A DNA stretch of 64,000 nt from Eledone cirrhosa (taxonomy: Eukaryota): the NCBI GenBank assembly GCA_964016885.1, contig OZ024757.1, forward strand, positions 14,756,001 to 14,820,000. The letters are read 5' to 3'. The notes under the pieces were generated by a model. That model was given only the letters and a program-made list of their open reading frames with translations, did no database searches and was not told where the DNA came from. This document shows positions 49,101-63,980 of the stretch, in pieces. Made by a program: the position numbers and the translations under genes. Positions within the stretch are counted from its first letter, which is position 1. Each line of letters begins with the position of its first letter.

Positions 49101-51099
49101 GAAAGAGAGAGAGGGATGGATGGAAAGAGAGAGAGGGATGGATGGAAAGAGAGAGAGGGATGGAGAGGGATGGAAAGAGAGAGAGGGATGGAGAGGGATG
49201 GAAAGAGAGAGAGAGCGGGATGGAAGGAGAGAGAGATGGATAGAGAGACAGGGACGGATGGATGGATAGAAAGAGAAAGGGATGGATAGAAGGAGAGAGA
49301 AAGGGATGGATAGAAGGAGAGAGAGAGGGATGGATGGAGAGAGAGATGGATGGATGGATGGATAGAGAGAGCGGGACGGATAGAGAGAGAGAAAGAGGGA
49401 TGGAAGGAGAGAGAGAAAGAGGGATGGAAGGAGAGAGAGAAAGAGGGATGGAAGGAGAGAGATAGAGCGGGATGGCTGGAGAGGGATGGCTGGGGAGAGA
49501 GAGAGAGAGAGATGGATAGAGAGACAGAGGGATGGAGAGAGAGAGAGGGGCGGATAGAGAGAGAGGGATGGGTGGATGGATAGAAAGAGAGAGGGACGGA
49601 TGGATGGATAGAAAGAGAAAGGGATGGATAGAAGGAGAGATAGAGAGAGAGAGAGGGATGGATGGAAAAAGCGAGGGATGGCTGGATAGAGGGATGGATG
49701 GATGGATAGAGAGAGCGGGACGATAGAGAGAGAGAGGGATGGAAGGAGAGAGAGAGAGGGATGGAGAGGGATGGCTGGGGAGAGAGAGAGAGAGATGGAT
49801 AGAGAGACAGAGGGATGGAGAGAGAGAGAGGGGCGGATAGAGAGACAGAGGGATGGAGAGAGAGAGAGGGGCGGATAGAGAGAGAGGGACGGATGGATGG
49901 ATAGAAAGAGAAAGGGATGGCTAGAAGGAGAGATAGAGAGGGATGGATGGAAAGAGAGAGGGATGGAGGGATGGATGGAAAGAGAGAGGGATGGAAGGAG
50001 AGAGAGAGGGAGCGGGATGGAAGGAGAGAGAGAGGGAGCGGGATGGATGGAGAGAGAGAGGGAGCGGGATGGATGGAGAGAGAGCGGGATGGCTGGAGAG
50101 GGAGAGATGGATAGAGAGAGAGACAGAGGGATGGAGAGGGACGGATGGATGGATAGAGAGAGAGGGACGGATGGATGGATAGAGAGAGAAAGGGATGGAT
50201 AGAAGGAGAGATAGAGAGATAGAGAGAGAAAGGGATGGATAGAAGGAGAGATAGAGAGAGAAAGGGATGGATAGAAGGAGAGATAGAGAGAGAAAGGGAT
50301 GGAAAGAGAGAGGGATGGAGGGATGGATGGAAAGAGAGAGGGATGGAGGGATGGATGGAAAGAGAGAGGGATGGAGGGATGGATGGAAAGAGAGAGGGAT
50401 GGAAGGAGAGAGAGAGGGAGCGGGATGGAAGGAGAGAGAGAGGGAGAGAGAGGGATGGAAGGAGAGAGAGAGAGGGATGGAAGGAGAGAGAGAGAGAGAG
50501 AGATGGAAAGAGAGAGGGATGGATGGATAGAGAGAGAGAGAGAGGGATGGATGGATAGAGAGAGAGAGAGAGGGATGGATGGATAGAGAGAGAGAGGGAT
50601 GGATGGATGGATAGAGAGAGAGAGAGATGGATGGATAGAGAGAGAGAGGGATGGAAGGAGAGAGAGAGGGATGGAAGGAGAGAGAGCGGGATGGAAGGAG
50701 AGAGAGAGAGAGAGCGGGATGGCTGGGGAGAGAGAGAGAGAGATGGATAGAGAGACAGAGGGATGGAGAGACAGAGGGGCGGATAGAGAGAGAGGGACGG
50801 ATAGAAAGAGAAAGGGATGGATAGAAGGATAGAGAGAGAGAGGGATGGATGGAAAGAGAGAGGGATGGAGAGGGATGGAAAGAGAGAGAGGGATGGATGG
50901 ATAGAGAGAGCGGGACGGATAGAGAGAGAGAGGGATGGAAGGAGAGACTGAGATGAAACGATAGAGAGAGAGTGGAAACGATAAAGTGACAGAGAGAGTG
51001 ATATAACGAGAGAGAGAGGTGAAACGAGAGAGAGAGAGAGAGAGAGATAAATGAAACGAAAGAGATGAAACGAGAGAGAGGGATGGATAGAGAGAGGGA

Positions 51100-51133
<34 letters not shown>

Positions 51134-54100
51134 TGGAGAGAGAGGGAAGGATAGAGAGAGAGAGTGAGACGGATGTAGCGAGTGAGAGGGGTGGATAGGA
51201 GAGAGAGGGATGGAGAGAGAGGGACGGAAGGATAGATGGATGGATAGAGAGAGAGAGGGATGGAAGGAGAGAGAGGGATAGAGAGAGAGGGACGGAAGGA
51301 TGGATAGAGAATTGGATGGAGAGAGAGGGATGGATAGATGGAGGGATGGATGGATGGAGAGAGAGTGAGACGGATGTAGCGAGCGAGGGATGGATGGAAA
51401 GAGAGAGAGCGGGATGGAAGGAGAGAGAGAGATGGATAGAGAGAGAGATGGATGGATAGAGAGAGAGATGGATGGAGAGAGAGAGAGGGACGGATGGATG
51501 GATAGAAAGAGAAAGGGATGGATAGATGGAGAGAGAGAGGGATGGAGAGAGAGAGGGATGGAGAGAGAGACAGAGGGATGGATAGAGAGACAGAGGGATG
51601 GAGAGAGAGACAGAGGGATGGAGAGAGAGAGGGGCGGATAGAGAGAGAGGGACGGATGGATGGATAGAAAGGGATGGATAGAGAGAGAGAGAGAGGGATG
51701 GAAAGAGAGAGAGAGGGATGGAAAGAGAGAGAGAGAGGGACGGATGGATGGATGGATAGAGAGAGGGATGGAAAGAGAGAGAGAGAGGGACGGATGGATG
51801 GATAGAAAGGGATGGATAGAGAGAGAAAGGGATGGATAGAGAGAGATTGAGAGAGAGAGTGAGAGGGATGGATGGAAGGAGAGAGAGGGATGGAAGGAGA
51901 GAGAGGGATGGATGTAGAGAGATTGATGGAGAGAGGGAGAGTGATGGATGGAGAGAGAGAGAGGGATGGATGGATGGATGGGTAGAGAGAGGGATGGATG
52001 GGTAGAGAGGGACGGATAGAGAGAGGAATGGATGGATGGAGAGGGACGGATAGAGAGAGGAATGGATGGATGGAGAGGGACGGATAGAGAGAGGAATGGA
52101 TGGATGGAGAGGAACGGATAGAGAGAGGAATGGATGGATGGAGAGGGACGGATAGAGAGAGAGAGGGATGGAAGGAGAGAGAGAGAGAGAGGTGGATGGA
52201 GAGAGCGGGACGGATAGAGAGAGAGAGGGATGGGGAGAGAGAGAGAGATGGATAGAGAGACAGAGGGATGGAGAGAGAGGGGCGGATAGAGAGAGAGGGA
52301 TGGATGGATGGATAGAAAGAGAAAGGGATGGAGAGAAGGAGAGATAGAGAGAGAGAGGGATGGATGGAAAGAGAGAGAGGGATGGAGAGGGATGGAGAGG
52401 GATGGAAAGAGAGAGAGAGCGGGATGGAAGGAGAGAGAGATGGATAGAGAGACAGGGACGGATGGATGGATAGAAAGAGAAAGGGATGGATAGAAGGAGA
52501 GAGAAAGGGATGGATAGAAGGAGAGAGAGAGGGATGGATGGAGAGAGAGATGGATGGATGGATGGATGGAGAGAGAGCGGGACGGATAGAGAGAGAGAAA
52601 GAGGGATGGAAGGAGAGAGATAGAGCGGGATGGCTGGAGAGGGATGGCTGGGGAGAGAGAGAGAGAGATGGATAGAGAGACAGAGGGATGGAGAGAGAGA
52701 GAGGGGCGGATAGAGAGAGAGGGATGGATGGATGGATAGAAAGAGAGAGGGACGGATGGATGGATAGAAAGAGAAAGGGATGGATAGAAGGAGAGATAGA
52801 GAGATAGAGAGAGGGATGGATGGAAAAAGCGAGGGATGGCTGGATAGAGGGATGGATGGATGGATAGAGAGAGCGGGACGATAGAGAGAGAGAGGGATGG
52901 AAGGAGAGAGAGAGAGAGAGCGGGATGGCTGGAGAGGGATGGCTGGGGAGAGAGAGAGAGAGATGGATAGAGAGACAGAGGGATGGAGAGAGAGAGAGAG
53001 AGGAGCGGATAGAGAGAGAGGGACGGATGGATGGATAGAAAGAGAAAGGGATGGCTAGAAGGAGAGATAGAGAGGGATGGATGGAAAGAGAGAGGGATGG
53101 AGGGATGGATGGAAAGAGAGAGGGATGGAGGGATGGATGGAAAGAGAGAGGGATGGAGGGATGGATGGAAAGAGAGAGGGATGGAAGGAAAGAGAGAGGG
53201 ATGGAAGGAGAGAGAGAGGGATGGCTGGAGAGGGAGAGATGGATAGAGAGAGAGACAGAGGGATGGAGAGGGACGGATGGATGGATAGAGAGAGAGGGAC
53301 GGATGGATGGATAGAGAGAGAGGGACGGAAGGATAGATGGATAGAGAGGGATAGAGAGAGAGGGACGGAAGGATAGATGGATAGAGAGGGATAGAGAGAG
53401 AGGGACGGAAGGATGGATAGAGAATTGGATGGAGAGAGAGGGATGGATAGATGGATGGAGAATTGGATGGAGAGAGAGGGATGGATAGATGGATGGAGAA
53501 TTGGATGGATAGATGGAGAGAGAGGGATGGATAGATGGAGAGAGAGAAGGATAGAGAGAGCGATGGATGGATAGAGGGATGGATGGATAGATAGAGAGAG
53601 CGGGACGGATAGAGAGAGCGGGATGGCTGGAGAGGGATGGATGGGGAGAGAGAGAGGGATGGAAAGAGAGAGAGAGGGACGGATGGATGGATAGAAGGAA
53701 GGAGAGGGATGGATAGAAGGAAGGAGAGGGAAGGAGAGAGAGAGAGGGATGGAAGGAGAGAGAGAGAGGGATGGATAGAGAGAGAGAGAGGGATGGATAG
53801 AGAGAGAGAGAGGGATGGATAGAGAGAGAGAGAGGGTTGGAAGGAGAGAGAGGGATGGATGTAGAGAGATTGATGGAGAGAGGGAGGTATGGAGAGAGGG
53901 AGGTATGGAGAGAGGGAGAGGGGTGGATGGATGGATAGAGAGCGGGATGGCTGGAGAGAGAGGGATGGCTGGAGAGAGAGGGATGGAAGGAGAGAGAGAG
54001 AGCGGGATGGCTGGAGAGAGAGCGGGATAGCTGGAGAGGGATGGCTGGATAGCGGGATGGCTGGATAGAGGGATGGATGGATGGATAGAGAGAGCGGGAC

Positions 54101-55600
54101 GGATAGAGAGAGAGAGGGATGGAAGGAGAGAGAGAGAGATGGATAGAGAGACAGAGGGATGGAGAGAGAGAGGGGCGGATAGAGAGAGAGGGACGGATGG
54201 ATAGAAGGAGAGATAGAAAGAGATGGATGGAAAGAGAGAGAGGGATGGATAGAGAGAGAGAGGGATGGAAGGAGAGACTGAGATGAAACGATAGAGAGAG
54301 AGATGAAACGATAGAGAGAGAGATGAAACGAGAGACTGAGATGAAACGATAGAGAGAGAGTGGAAACGATAAAGTGAGAGAGAGAGTGATATAACGAGAG
54401 AGAGGTGAAACGAGAGAGAGAGAGAGATAAATGAAACGAAAGAGATGAAACGAGAGAGAGGGATGGATAGAGAGAGAGAGAGATCGAGAGAGAGGAATGG
54501 ATAGAGAGAGAGAGAGATGGAGAGAGAGAGAGGGAGGGATGGAAGGAGAGAGAGAGAGAGAGAGAGTGAGAGGGACGGAGAGAGAGAGGGACGGAGAGAG
54601 AGAGGGATGGATAGAGAGAGAGAGAGGGACGGAAGGATGGATAGAGAATTGGATGGAGAGAGAGGGATGGATAGATGGAGAGAGAGAAGGATAGAGAGAG
54701 CGATGGAGAGGGATGGATGGATAGAGAGAGAGAGGGATGGATGGATGGATAGAGAGAGAGAGGGATGGATAGAGAGAGAGAGAGGGATGGAAAGAGAGAG
54801 AGAGAGGGATGGAGAGAGAGGGACGGATGGATGGATAGAAAGGTATGGATAGAGAGAAGAGATGGATGGATAGAAGGAAGGAGAGGGAAGGATAGAGAGA
54901 GAGAGAAGGATAGAGAGAGGGATGGAAGGAGAGAGAGAGAGAGAGAGAGAGGTGGATGTAGAGAGAGAGAGAGGTGGATGTAGAGAGAGAGAGAGAGGTG
55001 GATGGATGGATGGATAGAGAGGGATGGAGAAAGGAATGGATGGATGGAGAGAGAGAGGGATGGAAGGAGAGAGAGGGATGGAAGGAGAGAGAGCGGGATG
55101 GCTGGAGAGGGATGGCTGGATAGAGAGAGAGAGAGATGGAGAGGGATGGATGGATAGAGGGATGGATGGATGGATAGAGAGAGCGGGACGGATAGAGAGA
55201 GGGATGGATAGAGAGAGAGAGAGGGATGAATGAAGAGTGAGAGGGATGGATGGAGAGGGGGGATGGATAGAGAGAGAGAGGGAGGAATGGATGGATAGAG
55301 AGAGAGAGATGGATGGAGAGTGAGAGGGATGGATAGAGAGAGGGATGGATATAGAGAGAGAGAGAGAGAGAGAGATGGATGGAAAGAGAGAGGCGGACGG
55401 ATGTAGAGAGAGAGAGAGGGATGGAAGGAGAGAGGGATGGAGAGAGGGGGATGGATAGAGAGAGAGGGATGGATAGATAGAGAGAGAGGGATGGATAGAT
55501 AGAGAGAGAGGGATGGATGGAGAGAGAGAGGGATGGATGGAGAGAGAGAGGGATGGATGGAGAGAGAGAGGGACGGATGGAGAGAGAGAGGGATGAATGA
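46156..55600. repeat. Compound purine-rich satellite, array 3, with ~3.2 kb internal duplications
   Basis: Marker GAGACTGAGATGAAACGATAG recurs at ~46298, 47794, 50944 and 54274. Confidence 0.97.
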
Positions 55601-55624
55601 AATAGAAAAACATGTAAGACTTAC

Positions 55625-55697
55625 CCATTTGTGATGTCAAATAAAGTTTGACAGTACTCTTAGATTTTACAATTATAGCAATGGCTCGACATGATAA
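55625..55697 (-). other. Putative 73-nt spliced exon (copy 3)
   Basis: Same as 5218-5290. Confidence 0.4.
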
Positions 55698-55731
55698 CTA
55701 CACAAGATAGAAAATATACAGAAACTAATAT

Positions 55732-55887
55732 AATTGTTTCTACTTTTGGCACAAGTTCAGCTATAACTCAGTGTATTACTGGTACTTTATTTTATCGACC
55801 CTGTAAGGATGAAAGTTAACCACGGCGGGATTTGAACTCAGAATGGAAAAGGGCGTAATTCTATACGTCAAATCATGGCGTCCGACG
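55732..55887 (-). mobile_element. tRNA-derived SINE, partial (copy 3)
   Basis: Copy of 5325-5480. Confidence 0.8.
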
Positions 55888-56165
<278 letters not shown>

Positions 56166-56415
56166 AAGCCGTTCCCTTTTTAATTTGAGAAATAGGACAG
56201 AATCCAAACCCCATTTATAAGCCATGGTGGCTAATCAACACAGATGACAGTTTTAAATTCTCATGGGTGGAGAATATATTTATGAAGTTTTAATATTTTG
56301 ATATTTAAAATGTATAGTTTTTATTTCACTTCATTATGTAATGAGTTACCATTTTCTGATTGTTTTCAAGGTCATATTCATTAAAAACATCAAAAATAAT
56401 AGCAAATATAAATTT

Positions 56416-57335
56416 CACCTCCAAAGTGAAACTGGTGTAATATTCCAAAGTGAAACTGGTGTAGTATATTCACATCCAAAGTGAAAAACTGGTGTAATAT
56501 TCCAAAGTGTAAACTGGTGTAATATTCCAAAGTGTAAACTGGTGTAATATTCCAAAGTGAAACTGGTGTAGTATATTCACATCCAAAGTGAAAAACTAGT
56601 GTAATATTCACCTCCAAAGTGAAACTGGTGTAGTATATTCACATCCAAAGTGAAACTGGTGTAATATTCACCTCCAAAGTGAAACTGGTGTAATATATCC
56701 ACCTCCAAAGTGAAACTGGTGTAATATTCACCTCCAACGTGAAACTGGTGTAATATTCTCCTCCAACGTGAAACTGGTGTAATATTCTCCTCCAACGTGA
56801 AACTGGTGTAGTATATTCACATCCAAAGTGAAAAACTGGTGTAATATTCCAAAGTGAAACTGGTGTAATATTCCAAAGTGTAAACTGGTGTAATATTCAC
56901 CTCCAAAGTGAAACTGGTGTAATATATCCACCTCCAAAGTGAAACTGCTGTAATATATCCACCTCCAAAGTGAAACTGGTGCAATATTCCAAAGTGAAAC
57001 TGGTGTAGTATATTCACATCCAAAGTGAAAAACTAGTGTAATATTCCAAAGTGTAAACTGGTGTAATATTCCAAAGTGTAAACTGGTGTAATATTCACTT
57101 CCAAAGTGAAACTGGTGCAATATTCACCTCCAAAGTGAAACTGGTGTAATATTTCAAAGTGAAACTGGTGTAGTATATTCATATCCAAAGGGAAAAACTG
57201 GTGTAATATTCCAAAGTGAAACTGGTGTAATATTCCAAAGTGTAAACTGGTGTAATATTCACCTCCAAAGTGAAAAACTGGTGTAATATTCATCTTCAAA
57301 GTGAAACTGGTGCAACATTCATCTCCAAAGCGAAA
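56416..57335. repeat. ~29 bp minisatellite (A allele)
   Basis: Same translated ORFs as 5981-6900. Confidence 0.95.
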
Positions 57336-57944
57336 ATATTTTAGCACCTCATTTACATATAATTTTTAAGTTGGTGAAATCAAAATATTGACCTCAAAGA
57401 CAAGTCCTCCCCCCTATTTTACCATCAATATTTTGTCACATTTCTCGACATATATACAAGTATATACAATATTTACTTTACATAAATTATCAAAAGATTT
57501 GCTATTTATGTAAACAGAATTATCCGAAACTAAATCTAATAAAATTTCTTTTAATTAAATTTAAGAAAAAATATAGTTTGAAAGAAAACTAGAGATCACT
57601 GCTCGGACCAAGGTGTAGGGGTCACTGATTTTGACCAAGGTGTAGGGGTCACGACATACAAAGTGAGGTAAGCGTTTGGAAAGGCTTCCAGCTGTTAAAG
57701 CGAAGCCAAGATCAGTTCTGTATGAGCAAGACATGGTCACCTGACATTTCCCACAATAGGACAACTCGTCTAACCCATGCTAGCGTAGAAAAATTGATAT
57801 TAAATGGTGATTATATATATATATAGTGTGTGTGCGTGTGCGTGTGCGTGTGCGTGTGTGTCTCGGGTTCAATCGAGGGGGAAACCACGGTAGGTAAAGT
57901 ACTCAATACATTAGTAGAGTATATACAAAATATAATATAGAAAT

Positions 57945-57997
57945 AGCTTCTACAGGACTAGAACTGTTTCATTCGAAGGAAATCATCAGGAAAGCCC
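57945..57997 (-). ncRNA. Type I hammerhead motif within Penelope-like hairpin (copy 3)
   Basis: Same core as 7504-7556. Confidence 0.6.
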
Positions 57998-58046
57998 TGA
58001 TTTCCCTGAAATGAAAGTTCTAGTCCTGTAGAAGCCATTTCTATAT

Positions 58047-58511
58047 CATTCTGTTGACAAAGGGTTTCTCCCTACGAACGGAAGGCCAGTTATATGATGC
58101 CTGTGTGAGATGGGCAGCAACTGCGGAGGATATGCGACGGCTGGAGAGAAATGAATCAAGCATGCTCCGTTGGATGTGCAATGTCAATGTGTGTGAACGA
58201 CCAAGTATAGACGAGTTGAAAAAGAAACTGGGTATAAGAGGGGTAAGTTGTGGTGTGCAGGAGAGAAGACTACGATGGTATGGACATGTGATGCGCATGG
58301 AGGATGACCGCTGGGTAAAGAAGTGCCAAGAAATCCCAGTAGAAGGAAGATGCAGTAGAGGGAGACCACGAAAATCATGGGCGGAAGTGGTGAGAGCTGA
58401 CCTCAGATCGCTGAAGCTCACAGATGACGACCGAGGACAGTAACGATGGAGACATGCTGTGCTGAATAGGACCCGTCCCATCCTTGCAAACAGGAAAAAG
58501 CAGACGTATGA

Positions 58512-58515
<4 letters not shown>
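58047..58515 (+). mobile_element. 5'-truncated RTE LINE (copy 3)
   Basis: ORF 58054-58443. Confidence 0.88.
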
Positions 58516-58546
<31 letters not shown>

Positions 58547-58827
58547 AGAAACAAATATACTACTTGACTAATATACTAATATGTATAGATAATAAAGATA
58601 TAACAAACCTGTTGGTATAAACATCAACACTGGTAGACTCCTTTAGTACAGGAGAGGGGCAGATGATACTCATGGCTTGTGTTTGATCAATAGCATCACT
58701 CCTTCCCTATGGCACATACATTTCTATTTGGTAGTGACCAGTTGTTTCCTCCTGCTAAGAAAGAAATACCACCAGGGGTCAGAAGGTTAATTTATTAGTT
58801 TTATTTATTTAGTTTATGTATCATATA

Positions 58828-58906
58828 TAGGGTGTCCCCCCAAAATGTATACACACTTCAACAATATTCTAATAAATATGTGTATGCATTTTTGGGGGTC
58901 ACCCTG
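58828..58906. mobile_element. 79-bp Tc1/mariner-type MITE (copy 3)
   Basis: Copy of 8387-8465. Confidence 0.75.
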
Positions 58907-59727
58907 TATTTGTGGCTGAATTTTTGGGGTGGTGGTGGGAGGTTATTGTGGCTGAGGGGAGGGAGGGAGAATGTAGATTGTGTGTGTGTGTGTGTTGACT
59001 GTCGACTGTGTGTGTGTGTGTGTAAGTAGAAGGGAGAGAGAACGTGAGATGGGAGAGAGACACATACATGTATGTGTGTCTCTCCCATCTATGTAGATAT
59101 AGAGTAATGTGAATGCAAAAGGGTTAAATGCACACAAACATACATATACACAGCCTTAATATAAACCAATCCGGTCAGTTTAAACTGGAGATGGTAGACA
59201 GCCAGACCAATCTCAGAGATAATATTTACGTTTATGTTGACAGGGCAAATGGCTGGGTATTTGTGTGGTCAGCTAGAACAATGACGTCCCCTTCTGTAAG
59301 GTTGCCAGGACGGGTCTGGGTCACTACAAAATTAAAACAATATTTGTTATATGAACAGTGTGTGTGTGTGTATGTGTGAGTGGGGTTAATTTAGAGAATA
59401 TAGGGTTAACATCAACAATGTGGAGGTAATATGGCTAACATGAAGAGTGTGGTGGGGGAGGGGATAAACATGGCGAGAGTGTGGTGGAGGGCAAACATGG
59501 CGAGAGTGCGGTGGGGGTCAAACATGGTGAGAGTGTGGGGGGGGGAACATGGCGAGAGTGTGTGTGTGTGTATGTGGGGGGGGGGAGAGAGTGGGGGATG
59601 CGGGATAACATGGCGAGAGTGTGGGGGCTAACATGGGGAGAGGCTTTTGAACAGGAGGGGATATCAGTATGCGTGTAGTTGTAGAAGTAGAAGGGTAACA
59701 TATATATATATATATGTGTGTGTGTGT

Positions 59728-59951
59728 GGAGGCACGTGGCCTAGTGGTAAGGGTGTTGGACTTACAATCATAACATCGTGGGTTCGATTCCTGGGTTGCA
59801 TGTTGTGTTCTTGAGCAAAACACTTCATTTCACGTTGCTCCAGTAAACTAAGCTGAAAATGAGTACCAGCAATAGATGGGAGGTTTAACCCTGCGATGGA
59901 CTGGCGCCCTGTCCAGGGTGGAGTCTTGTACTCTCAGTCGCTTCACGCCAT
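59728..59951 (+). mobile_element. tRNA-derived CORE/V-like SINE (copy 3)
   Basis: Copy of 9307-9530. Confidence 0.85.
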
Positions 59952-60082
59952 AATGCATGGAAAATCTAAGTCGTCTAACTACAGAGGTACAACGTCAAAC
60001 CACTCTAGCACATTACTATAAAAAGTTATTTAAAAAATAAATAGATGATAAATAGAAAAAGAGAAATGGGGAATACATATAC

Positions 60083-60116
<34 letters not shown>

Positions 60117-60119
<3 letters not shown>

Positions 60120-60838
60120 GTGGGGGATATTATTATATTGCCAGAAATAATAAAACTCACTTTTCACTTCCATATATTTTATATCTATCCCTATAGTTAA
60201 TTTAACTAGCAATCAATGTTTTATTGATTGACCAAGAGTTATATATATAGTTCCCCAGAGTTCTTTCGTTATACACCTGTGACATCAGTGATACTATTGT
60301 TTCTTCCTGTTGTGTTGTAATGATGGTACAACAACTAATCAAAGGCCCTAAGAAAGATTAAAGTGGTAGAAAAGCCAGGATCTACTATAAAATCCATGAT
60401 CAGTAAACCTTAACCCTTTAAGAAAACCCAAATTAGGGAAGCAACTGAAATAGAACCAAGAAAACCGAAGTAAAACAGAAAACCTGAATGGAACAACAAC
60501 AACCATACAAATACACTCTAATGACCAAAGATGGAATACAAACACGAACACACACCAAACAGAAAACGCGCATAGAAACACATTCGGAAATCGAGACAAA
60601 TAAATAAACAATTGAATAAGTAAACATTACAATAATATCACTGATGATGTCACAGGTGTCTCATGAAAGAACTCAGACTATATATATATATATAAAAACA
60701 GTTGGTCAATCAATGATAAACATTGATTGCCAGCTAAATTAACTATTGGGATGTAGAATATACGGAAGCGAAAACCAACCCAACCCAAACTGTATTATTA
60801 TATATTTCTGGCAATATTATAACAATATGACCCTCCCC
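60117..60838. mobile_element. MITE-like long inverted repeat (copy 3)
   Basis: Copy of 9698-10419. Confidence 0.7.
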
Positions 60839-62337
60839 AAATATAATTTGTTTCGACATACGATTTCATATAAAAAATACGTTGCAAACAAATTAGTTCG
60901 GATCGAGCTGTCGAAAAGCTGGAGCTCAGCCGTCGGGGTCCTGACTTTTCCTTATATACATATATACACACACACAGCAACGTGTGTTTATAGTAGTGGG
61001 GAAATATACAAATAACACACACACTGTCGTTGTGCGTGCTACCTGCTTCTGTGTTTTTTTGTTTTTTTTCCCTTTCCCTTTCCTTTATATTATATTATAT
61101 TTGTTTGTGCTTTCGTTCTGTAAATATTCTATTATATTTCTTTTTATAAGAAATATAATACAATTTTAAGGGCAGTAGATTGGCAGTATCAGTATAGAGT
61201 CGGACACCATGCTTTGCAGCATAGAGTCACGTCCCTTTACGCTCTAAGCATTGAGCACACCTCGCTTCGGCTGTTGGCGTCTAGTATACTGTATCACACT
61301 TTTTTGTCTCTCCTCTTTTCTTATGATACATATCTTCTCTTTAATATATACATATATATATATGCACACATACATGCATAAACACTTCTATGCAAATACT
61401 CATACATATATATTAAAAACACACATCATATACCAGCATAATAACGATTGACAAACCATCAGGATACATGCTTGCTCGTGTGAAAACCGAACTTGCTACG
61501 CTACGTACACTGACGGAAGCATATGTACATAAACACACAAACAGAACTGGTATGACTTACATCAAAGATTTTGTTCCACTATTGAACCATTCAAGGTAGT
61601 TAGAACGAACTACCAGTGTAGTACTGGGGTCAATTCTTCTTCTATATCTCTTTCTTAATTCCTTTCTCTCACCCTATATCCGTCTCTGGAAAACATAACC
61701 TATCTGGAGTAGAGATCGGATCTGTCACCTTATACAAAATGCCCCGAACACCCCGAATGTCAATGCGGGACCTCTACAACTCCCTCACAAGTTATAGGTC
61801 CCTACATACATACATAGAAACATCAGAGATATCCTTTATATCTTTCACTCGATAATGCTAGACAAGTATTCCGTGAGTCAGAAAGGAATATTTGCGATAT
61901 GACGGGAGAACCTCTCTGAATAAATATTACATAATTCAGAGGCTACGTAAAGCAGGCAGCGACATCATCGAAGACCAGAGATGCCATGTGGAAATGCACA
62001 TAACACACATAGGGTTACCTTATAATCATAGACATTTGGGCTTATGAACACATATATATTTAAATATATACGGGTGCATAGGTGTACGGAGTTCTCATGT
62101 CGCCCCTAATGATTCCGCCAGATGTCCCGTCACACATCTCTACATCTTCCATGAAATGTTGATTAGTAAACAAACCGTGTATCTCGCATGTAAGAGGGAA
62201 AGCCATAGCAAGTGTTGAGGATAAGAGACGTGTGGAATTAATAATAATAATATTGTTTTAATTATTAATAGTAGTAGTTGTCACAATAAAGTGAGGAGGA
62301 CAACGTTATTATAAATACTTATACTAATGTTGTTTGG

Positions 62338-62520
62338 AGGGCGGTGGATTGGCAGAGGGTCGGACGCCATTCTTTGACGTATAGAGTTACGGCCCTTGCC
62401 ATTATGAGTTCAAATCCCGCCGAGGTTAACTTTGCCTTTCATCCTTACAGGGTCGATAAAATAAAGTACCAGTAATGCACTGGGTAATTGCTGGCCTTGT
62501 GCCAAACGTAGAAACCATTA
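62338..62520 (+). mobile_element. tRNA-derived SINE (copy 3)
   Basis: Copy of 11919-12100. Confidence 0.85.
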
Positions 62521-63003
62521 TTATAAATACTCATATACACACAAGCTTAAACAGGTATACATGCGTACGCTTATCTAGACACATACGTACATAAACGTTT
62601 ATAAATAAAAGCCAAAGATAAGAAGAACATAGCTTACCATATCGAATTTGGAAGGATGCACACGACGTTGAGTGCTTCAATATGGTCCCATCATCATTTG
62701 CTGATACGATTATTGCATACACAACACAAGTTTAAAGAGCTATCTGTTTAGAAACCATCAAGCCAGGCCACCATCTATACACTGAGGTATGACAATTGAA
62801 GGACATCACCGCAAATCAGGTGGTTGTAACATCAAATCAAACCTAAAGAGATAAAAATAAGAGTCATGATATATTTTCTGAAAACTACAGAATAGTAAAA
62901 GATATGTCGACACTTTTGCGGTATTAATAAGACTGAGAAAGGTATGAACGCCACCACGTCAATTAAGCTTCGAAAATAGAAAGTAGGTTTATATATATAT
63001 TAA

Positions 63004-63980
63004 TTTTCATTTTCTTCCCCAATTCTGTATTTTGAAGTCCTTTCATTATTTTAAATATTTCTATCATGTCACTCGTTTGATTAATCTCCTCCAAAGTTGT
63101 AATTCTAAGTGTTTGTCCCTGGTATAGTGAACTAATGTTGATATTTTCAAGTCTTGGCATTTATATGGAATAGTGTACTAATATTTAAATTGTCTTCATC
63201 TTTTTATCCTGTCTCCCCTAAGATTTATCTCCTCTAAATTTACAAAAGCTTCTCATTTCTTTCACAAGATAGATCTTTAAATAATTATATTGTTTTCTGT
63301 TTTCTTCTTCTCTGGGTTGCTTCAAGAGCCTCACCATTTGTTCGGATGTCGGTTGATCATGGCCCAAAACAATATTCTCAGTGGTATCACATATTCCTGT
63401 AGAGTTTTAGATTTTTCAGCATTTAGTTAGGAAAAAGAATGTTTTATTATTTCTATTATCCGTCTCGCTGTTTTATTTCTACATGGTTAGCCATCTTTCA
63501 ATTCATATTCATACATATTCACAATTCTTCTGTGAGGGTATAAGCTCGTTATTTGCTCAACATTCGATACCAAAACATGCTTCCTATTCATAACTTCGTT
63601 GTACGAATATAATAATTAAAGTATATATACAAGCCATCTGTATATATATATATATATATATATATAGCTGCTTATTAACTCTTTCCCGAAACATATCTTC
63701 AAAATAAGCTAAGACATATCCCGAAATATATTATAAGGTGTCTCAATAATTATTCCATTTCAATCAATTTCTCATTTTAGTTTTCTTTAGAAATATCTTG
63801 GCATTGAAGATTTGTCCTTCTCATAGTAATTAGCTTGTCTCAAAATTGTTCGTAGTGTTTCATGTTTCGTGTCAAAAACTATCGTTAATTCAAGATTTTG
63901 CTCTAATGTAATAAATGTTACTTTTAAAAGAGTGAAGCTCTCAATTTTTTCTTTCTCTTGTATATTGATATCCAAAGAAT
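63004..63980 (-). mobile_element. CR1-like remnant (copy 3)
   Basis: Copy of 12585-13560. Confidence 0.7.

Noticed and set aside
786-55233. Many Glu/Arg/Gly/Trp-rich plus-strand ORFs
   Set aside because: Translations of (GA)n/GGAT satellite in overlapping frames.
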